This document shows positions 62,500 through 64,000 of a stretch of DNA of 64,000 bases, piece after piece. Source of the DNA: Candidatus Dormiibacterota bacterium. GTDB taxonomy: Bacteria > Chloroflexota > Dormibacteria > Aeolococcales > Aeolococcaceae. How positions within the stretch are numbered: the stretch's first letter is position 1; every line of letters begins with the position of its first letter. Below the pieces are notes generated by a model. The model was not told the origin of the DNA. It saw nothing but the letters and a program-made list of their open reading frames with translations, and ran no database searches. The stretch is taken from positions 22,747 through 86,746 of the forward strand of contig CAVPXI010000018.1 in assembly GCA_963709585.1 (NCBI GenBank), written 5' to 3'. A program made the position numbers and the translations under genes.

Positions 62500-63789
62500 T
62501 CAGGAGATCAGACCGGCGTATCGCTCCCGAACGGCTCGCAGCGACGCCGGCACGGGCGTGAGCGCCTCGGCCCGCGACGCAACGCAGTCGGCGGTCTTCA
62601 AGCCGGCGCCGGTGATGTATGCCACCACCGTCTCGTCGCCGTCCCAGCGACCGGCGCGAGCGAGCTTGCGGAGCACCGCCACGGTGACCCCACCGGCGGT
62701 CTCGGCGAAGATGCCCTCGCTGGCCGCCAGCAACTCGATGCCGTCGACGAGCTCCTCCTCGGTCACGCTCGCGACCACCCCTCCGGTCTCGCGCGCGATG
62801 CGCAGCACGTCGGCGCCGTCGGAGGGGTTGCCGATCGCGATCGAGCGGGCAATCGTGGCCGGCCGGACCGGGACCACCGTGGTCTCACCGCCGGCGAACG
62901 CCGTCGCCACCGGCGAGCAGCCGAGCGCCTGAGCGCCGGTGAAACGGGGCAGCCTTGAAGTGGGCTCGACCAGGCCGAGGTCGATCAACTCACCGGCGGC
63001 TTTGCGGTGCTTGACGAACTGGCACCCGGACGCGACCGGCACGATGATCTCGTCGGGCAGGCGCCAGCCGAGCTGCTCTGCGGTCTCGAAGGTCAGCGTC
63101 TTGCTCCCCTCGCTGTAATAGGCGCGGAGGTTGAGGTTGCAGAACCCCCAGTCGACGCAGTCGGCCAGCTCGGTACAGAGCCGGTTGACGTCGTCGTAGC
63201 TGCCATCTATCGCGATGATCGTCGGTCGGAAGATCGAGGTCCCGATCATCTTGGCGGGCTCGAGGTCGCTGGGCACGACCACCACAGCACGCAGCCCGGC
63301 GTGCGCCGCGTATGCCGCCACCGAGTTGGCGAGGTTGCCCGTGCTGGCGCACGCGATGGTGGTGAGTCCGTGCCCGCGCGCCCACGTCGCCGCGACGCTC
63401 ACGACGCGATCCTTGAACGAGCCGGTCGGGTTCTGCGTGTCGTTCTTGAGGTAGAGATTGCGCAGCCCCAGCTCGGCGCCGAGGTTGCGCGCGCGGATCA
63501 GCGGCGTGAATCCCTCGCCGAGGGTGATCGGCTCGGTCTCGTCGAGGTCGACCGGGAGGAGATCTCGATACCGCCAGATGCTCGGGGGTCCGGCGGCGAT
63601 GCTGTCACGCGAGATCCGCCGAGCCACCTCCTCGTAGTCGTAGCGCACCTCGAGCGGGCCGAAGCAGCGCTCGCAGATGTTGGTCGCCTCGACCGGGGTC
63701 TCGTGACCGCATGCGCGGCAGACGAGACAGCTGACGTGCGCGCCCGACGGAGCGCGTCCGTAGCGTTCGAGCAGACTGATGGTGGACAT
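62500..63789 (-). CDS. thrC: Threonine synthase-like PLP enzyme with N-terminal Zn ribbon
   Basis: CRACG...CERCFGPL, NPTGSFKDR (PLP Lys), CASTGN, EGSKT, TGAGLK. Confidence 0.88.
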   Translation of the reverse strand: MSTISLLERYGRAPSGAHVSCLVCRACGHETPVEATNICERCFGPLEVRYDYEEVARRISRDSIAAGPPSIWRYRDLLPVDLDETEPITLGEGFTPLIRARNLGAELGLRNLYLKNDTQNPTGSFKDRVVSVAATWARGHGLTTIACASTGNLANSVAAYAAHAGLRAVVVVPSDLEPAKMIGTSIFRPTIIAIDGSYDDVNRLCTELADCVDWGFCNLNLRAYYSEGSKTLTFETAEQLGWRLPDEIIVPVASGCQFVKHRKAAGELIDLGLVEPTSRLPRFTGAQALGCSPVATAFAGGETTVVPVRPATIARSIAIGNPSDGADVLRIARETGGVVASVTEEELVDGIELLAASEGIFAETAGGVTVAVLRKLARAGRWDGDETVVAYITGAGLKTADCVASRAEALTPVPASLRAVRERYAGLIS

Positions 63790-63821
63790 AAAAAAACCTC
63801 CCGGGCTTCTGATCCGGGAGG
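63790..63821 (-). terminator. Attenuator terminator immediately before the thrC start codon
   Basis: Minus strand CCTCCCGG-ATCAGAAGC-CCGGGAGG-TTTTTTT-ATG. Confidence 0.88.
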
Positions 63822-63846
63822 CTTCCCAACGTGGGCGCGCGTGCCC

Positions 63847-63891
63847 CTACGTCCGGAAACCTCCGCGGGGCATGATCATGGTTGCGAGCAC
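63847..63891 (-). CDS. Putative attenuator leader peptide MLATMIMPRGGFRT
   Basis: GTG CTC GCA ACC ATG ATC ATG...ACG TAG overlaps the antiterminator arm GGAGGTTTCC. Confidence 0.55.
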   Translation of the reverse strand: MLATMIMPRGGFRT

Positions 63892-64000
63892 GACTCTGGG
63901 TGTCGGCGCAGTGCCGGCATGCTACCGGACACCACGCAGCGCCGCAACCGCGCGTTGACATCGTGACGCGCCTCAGATGCGACGGATGAGATCGCGCTCG

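Noticed and set aside
63790-64000. SAM-I/SAM-IV riboswitch or T-box upstream of thrC
   Set aside because: Could not find the conserved cores (ATC.AGAG...GCAACC...GTGC in order, or GGTGG.ACC); a leader-peptide attenuator fits better, pending an Rfam scan

Overview
High-GC bacterial chromosomal segment, probably from a Terrabacteria soil lineage (Dormibacterota/Chloroflexota/Actinobacteria-like; inferred from gene types and frequent leaderless -10 motifs, not proven). Most of it is core metabolism: holB, TPP riboswitch plus thiC, two glutamine synthetases around a PucR-family regulator and a ferredoxin, surface glycosyltransferases, dxs, bcp, an ArsA/Get3-like ATPase pair, an SbcCD-like pair, MarR-MFS, fabH-accD-accA, birA, tRNA-Arg(CCG), a MazEF module, lemA, htpX and a thrC-like gene. 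A ~10.5 kb respiratory cluster encodes a Rieske protein, split cytochrome b6/subunit IV, a triheme cytochrome c, an A2-type heme-copper oxidase, ctaA/ctaB/ctaG and a lipoprotein cupredoxin. About nine single-base frameshifts in otherwise intact genes look like sequencing or assembly indels. Best leads: (1) the respiratory cluster has four unannotated single-TM micropeptides, no subunit III core, and has lost the oxidase Mg site and cytochrome c docking residues; (2) a GS-PucR module with a TTGTGC-N5-GCACAA palindrome upstream of the GS genes; (3) a leader-peptide attenuator with Thr-Met-Ile-Met codons upstream of the thrC-like gene. No CRISPR array, rRNA, integrase or transposase was seen.
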